A DNA stretch of 64,000 nt from Vampirovibrionaceae bacterium NZW_1234 (GCA_041697335.1 JBGUGD010000023.1:1-64000), one strand, 5' to 3'. Positions 20,580 through 31,189 are shown, counted from the first letter of the stretch. A program made the numbers and translations. Notes: generated from the sequence alone by a model not told the origin.

Positions 20580-21320
20580 ATGCATCTCGTAAACCGGGTT
20601 CTCTTTGGTCAAAAAAAGCCGTTTAAGGTGGGGGTGTATCTCGGATCGTTCAACCCCATTCATCATGGCCATTTGCGACTGGCCCGCCAGGCCCGGGATC
20701 AGGAAAAGCTGGATGCGGTGGAACTCGTTGCCTTGTCTCGGCCGGTGCATAAGAAAGCTGACTTTATGGCCGATGCCGATCGCCATGCGCTGAACCAGCT
20801 GGCTGTTCGAGGGCAAGCAAAATTGCATGCCAGCGATGTGGATATTCAGTCGCCCGGTCCAGCCCTTTCTGAATTTTTAACACGCTATCCTGAAGAGCAA
20901 GCCAAGATCAAGCTGGTCCTGAAACGCACGTTGCATATTCTGGATGCCATTCGGCGCAAATACGAATTGCAAACCAAACGTCCGGTGGAGTTGCATTACA
21001 TCGTCGGTGCTGATGGTCTGGCATCCTACCCCAAAGCCTGGCAGGAGCCGGAATATGCAGAGTTTCTCCAGAAAGCCCGGCTCTTGATTGCCCCGCGTCC
21101 TGGGGCGACTCCCATTGAAAAGACGGTTCAGGCCATCAAATCCATTCATCGGCACCTGAAATTCAACGTGTTGAAGGTACTGGAGACCCCCTTATCCTCG
21201 TCTGCCATTCGGGAACGGTTGGCCAAGGGGTTGCCGATTTCCCGTCGCTGGGTCCCAAAGGCAGTGGCTGACGTGTTAAATCAACGAGGCAAGACGTTAT
21301 TGGAAACCGATGCGGCATGA
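20580..21320 (+). CDS. NadD-like nicotinate/nicotinamide-nucleotide adenylyltransferase
   Basis: GVYLGSFNPIHHGH (HxGH), YIVGAD, LSSSAIRE; start at ATG 20580 with GGAGAGG upstream. Confidence 0.8.
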   Translation: MHLVNRVLFGQKKPFKVGVYLGSFNPIHHGHLRLARQARDQEKLDAVELVALSRPVHKKADFMADADRHALNQLAVRGQAKLHASDVDIQSPGPALSEFLTRYPEEQAKIKLVLKRTLHILDAIRRKYELQTKRPVELHYIVGADGLASYPKAWQEPEYAEFLQKARLLIAPRPGATPIEKTVQAIKSIHRHLKFNVLKVLETPLSSSAIRERLAKGLPISRRWVPKAVADVLNQRGKTLLETDAA

Positions 21321-21345
21321 GGAACGGAAAACTTTTCCGTTCCTC
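21319..21345. terminator. Palindrome between convergent genes
   Basis: GAGGAACGGAAAA-c-TTTTCCGTTCCTC, 13-bp arms. Confidence 0.5.
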
Positions 21346-21380
21346 GCGTCATAAATCGTTGCAACGCCGGGTAACGTCGA

Positions 21381-22667
21381 CTATTCTTCGAGGGTGTCTT
21401 CATTAAGATGCTGGCGCAAGGATGCCAGTTTATGGCGAATGGTGGATGCCTGCTTAACATCTCCGTGGGTTTCCAGGGTGGTTGCCATATCGGCAATATG
21501 CCCCAGATAACCAATCGCTTCTTTCTGGCGGTTGGGATTGTCATTGACATCCTGCAACAATGATTCGGCTGTGGATAACCCTTTTTGGGTATGTTTGTAG
21601 GCCAATTGCCGATAACGATTGGCCAGGTCCTTGTCGTCTTCGTCTAAGTTGTCGGCAATTTTGAGATACTGCCCAACAAGGCCGGTATGGAACAGTAGAT
21701 CGTGTTCGGTCTGCTCCTGGGCGTCACTGGGGTCTTTCTCAACCAGGATTTCCAGGTAGTTAATGGCTTTATCGAGGTGCCCCAATTCATTATAGGCATC
21801 ACCCAAGCCGGCGCAAATCGAATACCACCACTTATTAACTTCGCCCTTGTCATTTCGCCCTTGCTTGAAGCCATTGGCTTTCAGTGCCTCTTCGGCTTGC
21901 TTCAACAGCGGCAGGGATTCCTCGTACTGCTCCATTTTGTTAAAAACCCAGCTGAGTTTGTAGAGTGTCTCTATTCGCGCTTCTGCCAGGTTGGACCGGC
22001 CGAGTTTATCATGAACGGCCAGCGCATTCTCAAAGGCCGTTTTGGCCTGAGGGTAATCCTCCATCACGGCGGCTGTGGTTCCCAAGGCATGCAAGGTCGT
22101 AATGGCACGTTCAGCCAGTTCCGGGGATGTGTCGTTGGTGAACTGATAATAGGCCGTCCGATAGGCATTCAAGGCCGCTTTGGGTAATTGATGCTTTAAG
22201 AAGGCTTCTCCTGCGGACATCGCAGACTCCCAATCATCGTAATCGGGGCGGAAGATGGTGTGATAGGCGGCAGGGTTACGAAACATATTTTCCAGTTTGT
22301 CTTGAATTTCGGCCCACCGGGTTTTATCTCCCAGTCGGTCGTAGACTACACCCAGGCGGCGGTAGATAGGTTCCAGCGTTTGGGTATTGTGGGGATCCGT
22401 AAAATTCAGGGCCCGCTTTAATTCGACTTCAGCGCCTTCGTAGAGGTGTTTTTTTAAAAAATGCTTGGCTCGAATAATATGGCGCTGTGCATAGCGTTGG
22501 AGTGTTTGATGTTGGCGTTTCTGTTCGCTGGCACTTAATCCCTGGAATCGAACCGTGGGCATTGCAAAGGAAGATGGGTTGAAGGGCATCCCAAAACCAA
22601 CCACGGGCGTTTTTTTTGTCGTGGATTTCCAGAACGGGCCAAACCGGGAAACTGGTGAGATATCCAA
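21381..22667 (-). CDS. TPR-repeat protein with N-terminal leader
   Basis: Helical TPR-like repeats (IYRRLGVVY, LHALGTTA, AGLGDAYNELG); TTG start with GAGG upstream. Confidence 0.75.
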   Translation of the reverse strand: MDISPVSRFGPFWKSTTKKTPVVGFGMPFNPSSFAMPTVRFQGLSASEQKRQHQTLQRYAQRHIIRAKHFLKKHLYEGAEVELKRALNFTDPHNTQTLEPIYRRLGVVYDRLGDKTRWAEIQDKLENMFRNPAAYHTIFRPDYDDWESAMSAGEAFLKHQLPKAALNAYRTAYYQFTNDTSPELAERAITTLHALGTTAAVMEDYPQAKTAFENALAVHDKLGRSNLAEARIETLYKLSWVFNKMEQYEESLPLLKQAEEALKANGFKQGRNDKGEVNKWWYSICAGLGDAYNELGHLDKAINYLEILVEKDPSDAQEQTEHDLLFHTGLVGQYLKIADNLDEDDKDLANRYRQLAYKHTQKGLSTAESLLQDVNDNPNRQKEAIGYLGHIADMATTLETHGDVKQASTIRHKLASLRQHLNEDTLEE

Positions 22668-22774
22668 GGTGTCACGTACCTCTGTTTGACCCGCTTATTT
22701 TATCGCATCCATACGCAGGATGCAGCGCTTTTAAAGATATATTACATTCTGAGCCCTATAAGATATCAGTTTTG

Positions 22775-23455
22775 CTAGCGTGAGGTGATCAGCTTTTCTG
22801 CCCGAACGGCAATATGCTCGATGAGCATGCCTTGTATTTCGCCAAAATTATCGAAGGGAATACAAGGTATGTCTGACTGCTCACAGTGCTTCAGGAGCTT
22901 TGACTTGGCAAACAGCAGATCTGCAATGGGTGCCCAGCAATAGTCGCTTCTGCCATCACCAATCACCACTTTGTAATGTTGTGTGTTGAGCAAATCGGTG
23001 ATGCGACATTTGCACAGTCCTGCCGGACACTGACCATTGGGATCGGCTGCAGGAAAGGTCAGAGACAATTTTTCATCCTTGTCCTGATGCAGTCGATTGG
23101 CTAAAACGCCATCCACCACAATATCTTCCCGGCTCAGGAGGTAATGAATGACCCGGTCCATGCCTTCGCTGACGATAAATAAGGGAATGGTATTCTCCTG
23201 AAACCAGGCGGCAAAGCCCTTGAACGAGGGATCGACCTTGACCTCGCGCAACTGGGTTTCCACGGCATCCCAGCCCCCTTGAATCAGGGGAATTTGTCGG
23301 CTCATGCACTCGCGTGAGCCGATCAAACCTTCTTCCCATTCTGCTTCAATGGCGCGCCATGACGGGTCTGCCAACCGTTCCAGCAAAAAGTCCGTGGTGT
23401 CCTTGAAGGTCACGGTTCCGTCAAAGTCACAATAAATACTGATATTCGCACTCAT
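22775..23455 (-). CDS. MtnX-like HAD-IB phosphatase
   Basis: CDFDGTVT, IVSEG, GLCKC, IGDGRSD, LFAK. Confidence 0.88.
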   Translation of the reverse strand: MSANISIYCDFDGTVTFKDTTDFLLERLADPSWRAIEAEWEEGLIGSRECMSRQIPLIQGGWDAVETQLREVKVDPSFKGFAAWFQENTIPLFIVSEGMDRVIHYLLSREDIVVDGVLANRLHQDKDEKLSLTFPAADPNGQCPAGLCKCRITDLLNTQHYKVVIGDGRSDYCWAPIADLLFAKSKLLKHCEQSDIPCIPFDNFGEIQGMLIEHIAVRAEKLITSR

Positions 23456-23458
23456 AGG

Positions 23459-24868
23459 CTACTGATCCTTACATTGGGTAATGAGCTGATCCAGAAGTTC
23501 GTAGGCCAGGTCCATTTCGGCATAGGTAATTTCCAGCGACGGGGCCAGGGTGACCACGTTCTTGTAATACCCGCCAATGTCCAGGATCAGTCCAATGGAC
23601 TTCCCATTGGCATTGAGCTTGCCTTCCAGCCCGACCTGGAACATCTTGTCAGCCAGGGGACGGTTGGGTGTGTAACCGTCTTTTTGGCACATTTCCATGC
23701 GCAATGCCAGGCCTAAGCCATCCACGTCACCAATTTCCGGGTGCTTGGTCTGTAGATCCTTCAGCAGGGCCAGGAAATAATTGCCTTTTTCAGGAACCGT
23801 TTGGGCATAGTTGCTTTCGTTCATGACCCGCATGACTTCCAAGCCCGTTGCGGTGCCCAGGGTGTTGGAGGAAAACGTCGAGTGGGTCGAGCCCGGGCCG
23901 AATTTATCGGGGCTGATCAGGGATTCTTTTGCCCATATCCCGGAAATGGGATTTAAACCATTGGTCAGAGCCTTCCCAAAAACCACGATATCGGGCTGGA
24001 TACCGAAATGTTCCATCGACCAGAGTTTTCCAGTGCGATAAAATCCCATCTGAATTTCGTCATCGACCAGTAAAATGCCGTGGTCCTGGCAAATCTGGCC
24101 GACTTGTTTGAAGTAGTTTTCGGGAGGAATAACGTATCCACCCGTGCCTTGTACCGACTCCATAAACAAGGCGCCGAATTCGGCATGGCCGGTCTTTGGG
24201 TTCCAGGCGCCGGTGTATTCGTGTTCAAATTTTCGGGCCAGTTGCTGGACACAATACATTTCACAGGATTCTTTCTTCTTGCCGAAAGGGCATCGGAAAC
24301 AATAGGGATACGGAATAAACTCGGCACGATCTGCGAATTCACCGTAGGCTTCCCGGTACCGGTAGGACGATGTGATGGCTGAGGCTCCCAGGGTGCGGCC
24401 ATGATAGCCCCCTTCGTAAGCCAGCATATGTTGGCGCCCTGTTGTTTTGCGGACCAGTTTTAACGCATCTTCAATGGCTTGGGAGCCCCCAACGTTGAAG
24501 TGGACACGTCCTTTTACGCCAAAGCCTTTCTCCACACTATTCACGATTTCAGAGGCCAATTCCACTTTTTCTTGATGCAGATATTGGCACGCCAGCTGAG
24601 GAAGTTTGTCAATCTGGTTTTTCAGTGCTTGGTTGATTCGTGGGTGTCCATAACCCAAGTTGACGGCAGAGTACCACATTTGTAAATCGAGATAGGGGGT
24701 ATCGGCCCCATCATATAGATAACTTCCTTCGCAATGTTCAAACAGCTTCGGTCGCTCTGCATAGTGTACGGTGTCACCATGGGAGCAAACCTGATTTTCC
24801 AATGTCAGGAGCTGATCTTCTTTATGTTTAAGTTCCTCCTGGCTGAGAGGGAGTGATTTTGTAACCAT
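23459..24868 (-). CDS. Class III PLP aminotransferase
   Basis: GGYHGRT, ESVQGTGG, DDEIQMGFYRTG, FGKALTNG, HSTFS; AGGAG RBS before MVTK. Confidence 0.9.
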   Translation of the reverse strand: MVTKSLPLSQEELKHKEDQLLTLENQVCSHGDTVHYAERPKLFEHCEGSYLYDGADTPYLDLQMWYSAVNLGYGHPRINQALKNQIDKLPQLACQYLHQEKVELASEIVNSVEKGFGVKGRVHFNVGGSQAIEDALKLVRKTTGRQHMLAYEGGYHGRTLGASAITSSYRYREAYGEFADRAEFIPYPYCFRCPFGKKKESCEMYCVQQLARKFEHEYTGAWNPKTGHAEFGALFMESVQGTGGYVIPPENYFKQVGQICQDHGILLVDDEIQMGFYRTGKLWSMEHFGIQPDIVVFGKALTNGLNPISGIWAKESLISPDKFGPGSTHSTFSSNTLGTATGLEVMRVMNESNYAQTVPEKGNYFLALLKDLQTKHPEIGDVDGLGLALRMEMCQKDGYTPNRPLADKMFQVGLEGKLNANGKSIGLILDIGGYYKNVVTLAPSLEITYAEMDLAYELLDQLITQCKDQ

Positions 24869-25046
24869 AATCGTGCTTCTCCTTTTTTCCCTTTTCCCGA
24901 TGTGCGTGAGGTGGTTCATTTTTTTATGTTGTTTCGGGCAGGCTTTTTAGCCTGCCGCCATAATCTCACGCTGTTTTATCGGAGAAGTCGGAGGGGGTAA
25001 ATGCACCAACTGACCAGCATTGTTTGTCGCAGAGAGACGAAAAATG

Positions 25047-25409
25047 TTATTTGGAGAAAATCATTCTTAAGGCTACAAGAAGGAGTATCAGCCCGAATAC
25101 TCTTTTAAGGATGTCAGTCGGAAGGCTTACGGCAAGTTTGGCGCCCAAGAGCCCGCCTAATACAAACCCGGCACATAGGAGACCAGCAGCTTTTAGATCC
25201 ACAAAGCCGTTTTTATAATAAGTCAGTACGGCTAGAATCCCGATGGGTGGAATCATCATGGCCAAGCTGGTTCCCTGGGCGGATTGTTGGGAGAACTTAA
25301 ACAGCATCACCAGCATGGGGACAACCAGAATGCCCCCACCAATGCCGATTAAGCCACTCAGGCTTCCTGCGACAATGCCTAAAAGCAGATAAAGAACAAT
25401 ATTCATCAT
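25047..25409 (-). CDS. Half-length TauE/SafE-family membrane protein
   Basis: GLIGIGGG...VP, AQGTSL; 4 TM segments. Confidence 0.85.
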   Translation of the reverse strand: MMNIVLYLLLGIVAGSLSGLIGIGGGILVVPMLVMLFKFSQQSAQGTSLAMMIPPIGILAVLTYYKNGFVDLKAAGLLCAGFVLGGLLGAKLAVSLPTDILKRVFGLILLLVALRMIFSK

Positions 25410-25841
25410 ACAAATGGGTTTCTCTATCGGATTTAATAACGTGGATGTTCAAGCGACTCATGGCGTCATTAAAAATAATGCTGCAATAGATATCCTACAA
25501 AAAACACACGACATCGGGTGGTGTATGTTTTTTAGTGTGATTGTAAAGACAGTCTATCAGATATTTTGGCTGGTTTGGAAGGCTGTATGCCAGTGTTATG
25601 GCTTTTCTAAGAGGCGGCATGTAATAAAAGTTGCCACATCCTGTTAATCCTTCAGGGAGCACCTGGTCCAATAAAAAGTAATGGGCTCGATTCGCAGAGG
25701 TGGTTAAAAGATACTCTCCAGGGGGCCTGTTTCTTGGGTTTATAGAATTGTTCAGTTGATGAGGCGTTTTGACAGGACTCGAAAATTTGTTTCATAATAA
25801 AGTGTCGTTTGTTGGTCCTTCGGGTGGTGAAAGGAACGGGC

Positions 25842-28079
25842 GTGACCCAATCGCTTTCGATGCCGACACCGTTGTCGGTGCTTAAACAGTTCTGGGGGTA
25901 TGATCAGTTTCTACCGCTTCAGCAGGAGGCGGTCGACTGCATTCTGAATCGCCAGGATTCGGTGGTTATCCTGCCGACGGGCGGTGGAAAGTCCTTGTGC
26001 TTTCAGTTGCCCGTGATGCTGATGACCGGCACGGCCGTGGTGATATCGCCCCTGGTCGCGCTGATGAAGGATCAGGTGGACACCTTATGCTCAATTGGTA
26101 TTGAAGCAGGGTGTTACAACAGCGCCATGACATCTTCTGAACGCCAGGACACCATTGAGAAACTGCGTTCAGGGACGCTGAAATTACTCTATGTCTCGCC
26201 CGAGCGCCTGGGGATGGAAGATTTCCTCGTGATGCTGGAAGAGTGTGAAATTGCCTATTTTGTGGTGGATGAAGCCCATTGTATCAGTCAATGGGGCCAT
26301 GACTTCCGTCCGGAGTATCGGGAAATGGGGGCATTGCGTCATCGTTTTCCTCATGTCAGCATCCATGCCTTTACCGCAACAGCCACAGAGCCGGTGCGTC
26401 ACGATATTGCCCGTGCCATGGCTTTGAAGTCCCCAAAATGGCTGGTGGGGAGTTTTCATCGCCCCAACCTGTTTTATCGGGCCCAGTATCGCACCAACGT
26501 CCTGACCCAGGTTTGCGATGTCCTGGACCGGCATCCGGGTGAGGCGGGGGTTATTTACTGTATCCGACGGGCTGATGTGGACGATTTGGCCAAATCCCTG
26601 GCCGATAAAGGCTATAACGTACGCCCTTATCACGCCGGATTACCCGACAAGGTGCGTCGGGAAAATCAGGACGCCTTTATGGCGGAAACGGTGGATATCA
26701 TCGTGGCCACCATTGCTTTTGGTATGGGTATCGATCGCTCCAACATCCGCTTTGTGATTCATACCGGCATGCCGAAGTCTGTGGAAAGTTATCAGCAGGA
26801 AGCGGGCCGTGCAGGGCGGGATCGGCTTGAGGCCGAATGTATTCTATTTTACTCCGCCTCTGATCTGGCCAAGTGGCGCTCGATTATGGGGCCGCCTCAG
26901 TCTGAATTTGACCGGGTGGGTCACAATAAGCTCTACGAAATGTATGTCTACTGTCAGCGCCTGGGGTGTCGTCATCGCTATTTGGTGGAATACTTTGGCC
27001 AAGGCTTTGAGCCCGAAAACTGCGGCACCTGCGATTGCTGTCTGGGTGAACATAAGCCCCTGCCGGATTCAATGCTTGTGGCCCAGAAGATTTTGTCCTG
27101 TGTGTATCGGCTTCAGGAGCGTTTTGGCGGGTATTATGTCTCTCAGGTTCTCAAGGGCGGGAAAAATGCCAATGTGCTTCAGAACGGCCATGACAAGCTC
27201 TCCACCTATGGCCTGCTTCAGGACTATAAGCGGCTGGATATTCAGAGCTGGATTGAGCAGCTCGTGGGGCAGGACTACTTGGAGAAAGACCCCGAATATT
27301 CGGTCATCAAATTGACCTCGGCCGGAAAGCGGCTGTTAAAAGGCGAAGGTGAGGTCATGCTGACCCAACCCGCGGTGAAGGACAAGGCATCCAAAGAAGG
27401 CCGTTCGGCAGACCGGGGCGACTCCTGGCAAGGCGTTGACAAAGCCTTGTTCGAGGCCTTGCGTCATGCTCGGATGACCTTGGCTCAGGAACGTCATGTG
27501 CCGCCCTATGTCATTTTCAGCGATGTATCGCTTCGGGAGATGGCACGCTTGAAACCGACTTCCTTGCAGGGCTTTCGAGGCATTAAAGGGGTGGGCGAAA
27601 CCAAGCTGCGGGATCTGTGCCCCTATTTTCTTCAGATTATTCTGGAGTATTTGGGTCACGATGGCTCCCATGGTGCGGCTGTTGCCATCGAACGCATTCC
27701 GCATGAGGACTCGTTTCAGCCGGTGTTTCGGTCTGCAAAGTCCAAAAATAAGCCGATACCGGGGCGACAAAGTCGTTCCGATACCAAGCGTCAGGCTTAT
27801 GAGATGTTTGCCCGGGAGGCGAGTTTGGCTGAAGTGCGCATCGAAACTGGACGAACGGAAGCCACGGTACTGGAGTATTTGTGCGATTACCTTCAGGAGT
27901 TGGCCATTACCGAACCCGAGCCTTGGCTGTCGACAAATACCTACGAGATGATCGCTCAGGCATTTGCGAACGTCGGAACCGAGCGGATGAAGCCTGTTTT
28001 CGAATACCTGAATGGATTGGCCTCCTACGATGACATTCGCATTGCACGGGTTCTGTGGGACAACCGGGACATGCTTTAA
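25842..28079 (+). CDS. recQ: DNA helicase RecQ (helicase, RQC, HRDC, C-terminal HTH)
   Basis: PTGGGKSLCFQ, DEAHCISQWGHDFRPEY, ATIAFGMGID, QEAGRAGRD, CGTCDCC, VPPYVIFSD; start approximate. Confidence 0.96.
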   Translation: MTQSLSMPTPLSVLKQFWGYDQFLPLQQEAVDCILNRQDSVVILPTGGGKSLCFQLPVMLMTGTAVVISPLVALMKDQVDTLCSIGIEAGCYNSAMTSSERQDTIEKLRSGTLKLLYVSPERLGMEDFLVMLEECEIAYFVVDEAHCISQWGHDFRPEYREMGALRHRFPHVSIHAFTATATEPVRHDIARAMALKSPKWLVGSFHRPNLFYRAQYRTNVLTQVCDVLDRHPGEAGVIYCIRRADVDDLAKSLADKGYNVRPYHAGLPDKVRRENQDAFMAETVDIIVATIAFGMGIDRSNIRFVIHTGMPKSVESYQQEAGRAGRDRLEAECILFYSASDLAKWRSIMGPPQSEFDRVGHNKLYEMYVYCQRLGCRHRYLVEYFGQGFEPENCGTCDCCLGEHKPLPDSMLVAQKILSCVYRLQERFGGYYVSQVLKGGKNANVLQNGHDKLSTYGLLQDYKRLDIQSWIEQLVGQDYLEKDPEYSVIKLTSAGKRLLKGEGEVMLTQPAVKDKASKEGRSADRGDSWQGVDKALFEALRHARMTLAQERHVPPYVIFSDVSLREMARLKPTSLQGFRGIKGVGETKLRDLCPYFLQIILEYLGHDGSHGAAVAIERIPHEDSFQPVFRSAKSKNKPIPGRQSRSDTKRQAYEMFAREASLAEVRIETGRTEATVLEYLCDYLQELAITEPEPWLSTNTYEMIAQAFANVGTERMKPVFEYLNGLASYDDIRIARVLWDNRDML

Positions 28080-28208
28080 CAAGCGCGACTTACAGCAAAA
28101 AGACATCCTCACAAAGCGGGCAATCCCATTGGGCCAAATGGTTCTTGTTGCTGATGGCGATGGGTGGTTGTGATACAATCAGGGACCTTCTTACAACAAC
28201 CACCCCTG

Positions 28209-29534
28209 ATGACATCAATACCCATGGAAACACCTTCAGCCATAGACGATTTGCCTCGGGTTCAGATAGAACGCCTGGTTTATGAGGGCGATGGCCTGGG
28301 ACGTCTGCCTTCGGGAGAAGTGATTTTTATTCCTTTTTCGGCGCCGGGGGATGATGTCCTGGTGTCAGTGGAGACCCGGCGCAAGCGTGTCCTGCATGGG
28401 CAGATCAATCATATTGAATCGCCGTCTGAGGACCGTATAGACCCCCGATGCTCGGTGTTTGGGGAGTGTGGTGGTTGCCATTGGCAGCATATCAGTCTGC
28501 CTGCCCAGCACCAATGGAAACAGGCCATTGTTCAGGAAAGTCTGGCCCGTCTTGGCGGCCTCAGAGACGTTGCAATCCAGCCGATATTGTCGAAGGCCGA
28601 TGCCTCGGTCGAGCCCGGATGGTTTTACCGCAGCAAGGTGGAGTGGTTGGTGGAAGATGGCCGCTTAGGCTATGCCCGACGTCAGTCCCATGATCTGGTC
28701 GCATTTGACCGCTGCTGGATTGTGCCCGACAGTTTTAATGCTCTTGCCGCCTGGTTTCGGGAGCATCCTGCTGTTTTGGCGCAGGTGTATCGGATACAGG
28801 TGCGGACCAATGAGGCTCAGGAGCTTTTAGTGACGGTTTATTGCCGGGATGACCTTCCTGAGGATGTTGTGTCGCTGTTTCATGTGGACATGCCGTCAAG
28901 CTTTCCCAAGCTGGCTGGGGTCGTGGTCGACACCCATGGGCGTGAAACCTGTCTCGTGGGAGAACCCTATTTGCTGGAGAACATTGGCCCCTATGTTTTT
29001 GAAGTGACCCCGCAAAGCTTTTTTCAGGTCAATCCCAAGGTGACCCAATGCCTGATGGAGGCTGTTTCAGCCATGGTCTTGCCCGACACCAGAACCCTGG
29101 TCGATATTTATGCCGGGGTGGGGTTATTCGGCATTGGATTGCATCGACAATTCGAACGCGTGGTTCTGGTGGAATCCTCCCCGCATGCGGTTCAGAATGC
29201 ACGGCGGAATTTGGCCCACAACCAAATCGTCGACCCCGGTCCTGTGGAAATCCTCCAAGGCGGGGCCGAAGAGGTCTTACAGGCTTTGGACGAAGGCTTT
29301 GATGTGGCCGTCATCGACCCTCCCCGTCAGGGGTGTCAACCCGATGTTCTGGCGTGGCTAACCGCCCATGTGCGTCGTCAGGTTCTATACGTGAGTTGTA
29401 ATCCTACCACCCTGGCCCGGGATCTCAAGTTGCTGGTACAGGATGGGTGGCAAATTCAAACCATTCAGCCTCTGGATATGTTTCCTCAGACGTATCACAT
29501 CGAAACCGTGGTGTCCTTAACCCGACCTGCGTAG
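28209..29534 (+). CDS. rlmD: 23S rRNA m5U methyltransferase RlmD/TrmA family
   Basis: TRAM domain; C-x5-CGGC; SFFQVN; DPPRQG; YVSCNPTTLARD; DMFPQTYHIE; start approximate. Confidence 0.9.
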   Translation: MTSIPMETPSAIDDLPRVQIERLVYEGDGLGRLPSGEVIFIPFSAPGDDVLVSVETRRKRVLHGQINHIESPSEDRIDPRCSVFGECGGCHWQHISLPAQHQWKQAIVQESLARLGGLRDVAIQPILSKADASVEPGWFYRSKVEWLVEDGRLGYARRQSHDLVAFDRCWIVPDSFNALAAWFREHPAVLAQVYRIQVRTNEAQELLVTVYCRDDLPEDVVSLFHVDMPSSFPKLAGVVVDTHGRETCLVGEPYLLENIGPYVFEVTPQSFFQVNPKVTQCLMEAVSAMVLPDTRTLVDIYAGVGLFGIGLHRQFERVVLVESSPHAVQNARRNLAHNQIVDPGPVEILQGGAEEVLQALDEGFDVAVIDPPRQGCQPDVLAWLTAHVRRQVLYVSCNPTTLARDLKLLVQDGWQIQTIQPLDMFPQTYHIETVVSLTRPA

Positions 29535-29609
29535 CTTTTCGCACGTTTTCCATCATTTTTGACGGATACAGCGATAAGCAGATCAATCTCGCCGGTGTGA
29601 CACTTCTCT

Positions 29610-29634
29610 CCGTACGCGCAATTTGCGCGTACGG
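29610..29634. terminator. Palindrome between convergent rlmD and rtcB
   Basis: CCGTACGCGCAA-t-TTGCGCGTACGG, 12-bp arms, no U-tract. Confidence 0.4.
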
Positions 29635-29725
29635 CGCGCGCTCTTGGGTTCCGGTTTCGGCACTTCTATTTTGATTTGGGAGACTGGGCGGCAAGAGGTC
29701 AGTGACGAATGGACGTGAAATGGCG

Positions 29726-30952
29726 CTAGCCTTTGACGCAGACAATCTGCTTCAGCGTGTGGACCACCTCTACCAGATCCGCCTGGGCCGCCATCACCGC
29801 ATCAATCGGCTTGTAGGCCTGTGGGGTTTCATCCAGCACGTCTTTATCCTTACGGCATTCCACCCCTTGGGTCGCATGAATGTGGTCCTGCAATGTAAAT
29901 CGTCGCTTGGCCTCGTTTCGGGACATCATGCGTCCTGCACCGTGGCTGCAGCTGTGAAAACTTTCGTGATGCCCTTTGCCACGTACAATATAGGATGCCG
30001 CCCCCATACTGCCGGGGATGATCCCCAACTCGCCTTCCCCGGCTCGCACCGCCCCTTTACGGGTCACCAACACCTGTTCGCCAAAGTGTGTTTCTGTGGC
30101 CACATAGTTATGATGGCACTGCACAATGGCCGAGTCCGTGGTAAACGGCGGAATGCCCGACGTCTTCCGCAGGGCCCGGATAAAGGCGCCCATCATGAGT
30201 TCCCGGTTTGTCACCGCAAACTGCTGCGCCCAGCTCACGGCGGTCACATAATCGTCAAAGTGCGGGCTGCCTTCGGCAAAATAGGCCAAGTCCGCATCCG
30301 GCAGGCGGGACAAGTGCTGTTCCATATCTTTTTTAGCCAACTCAATAAAATAGCTCCCAATACGGTTCCCCACCCCGCGGGATCCGCTGTGAAGCATCAG
30401 CCACACCCGATCCGCTTCATCCAGGCACACCTCCAGAAAATGATTTCCCGTCCCCAGTGTGCCCAGATGGGTGACATGGTTTACATAGCCTGTCTCCAGC
30501 TTGGGATGCTTTTCCAAAATGGCATCAAAGCCGGGCTTAAGCTTGGCCCAGGCTTCTAATTGGGCTTTGGGGGGCGTTCCCCACGCACCTCGGTCTCCGG
30601 ACCGTCCTTGGGAGGTCCGACCATGAGGGACGGCCTTTTCAATATTCGCACGGAGGTCTTTCAGGTTGTCCGGCAAGTCACGGGCGTTCAACGAGGTTTG
30701 CAGCGCCATCATGCCACAGCCAATGTCCACCCCCACCGCCGCGGGGATAATAGCCCCTTTGGTAGGGATAACGCTCCCCACCGTTGCCCCGATGCCTAGA
30801 TGAACGTCCGGCATGGCCGCCACCCACTTAAAGATGAAAGGCATCTGTGCAATGTTGATCAACTGCTGCCGGGCCTGTTCCTCCAGGTGAACCCCTTCAA
30901 TCCAGGCTTTTACCGGAGTCGTTGTGTTAGTTTCTATGAGCGTGTGAGGCAT
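29726..30952 (-). CDS. rtcB: RNA ligase RtcB
   Basis: MPDVHLG, VGVDIGCG, GTLGTGNHF, HSGSRG, HHNY, RKGA, IPGSMG, SHGAGR. Confidence 0.96.
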   Translation of the reverse strand: MPHTLIETNTTTPVKAWIEGVHLEEQARQQLINIAQMPFIFKWVAAMPDVHLGIGATVGSVIPTKGAIIPAAVGVDIGCGMMALQTSLNARDLPDNLKDLRANIEKAVPHGRTSQGRSGDRGAWGTPPKAQLEAWAKLKPGFDAILEKHPKLETGYVNHVTHLGTLGTGNHFLEVCLDEADRVWLMLHSGSRGVGNRIGSYFIELAKKDMEQHLSRLPDADLAYFAEGSPHFDDYVTAVSWAQQFAVTNRELMMGAFIRALRKTSGIPPFTTDSAIVQCHHNYVATETHFGEQVLVTRKGAVRAGEGELGIIPGSMGAASYIVRGKGHHESFHSCSHGAGRMMSRNEAKRRFTLQDHIHATQGVECRKDKDVLDETPQAYKPIDAVMAAQADLVEVVHTLKQIVCVKG

Positions 30953-31189
30953 GGCACCGGTTTGGCTCCGACGTTTGGGCGTATCTCCTTAATTTTCCAT
31001 AACCTTCCGTGAATTTCAAACACATCGGCCATGGGTGCCCGGATGTTAAGCTTTTCAAAGTCAGGCGTGAGATTGCTTGACATGGCTTTGCCGGATTAAG
31101 CACCATATACCTATGTATAAACCCGTGCCATTCGGATAGAGAGTTCGGATTGGCCAACCTGGATCAACGGATGAAGGAGGTATAATTCC

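Noticed and set aside
29702..30559. 285-aa plus-strand ORF
   Set aside because: Antisense shadow of rtcB.
31116..31130. Sigma54 promoter for rtcB (TGGCACG on the minus strand)
   Set aside because: The -12 element reads TATA rather than TTGC, and no rtcR is nearby.
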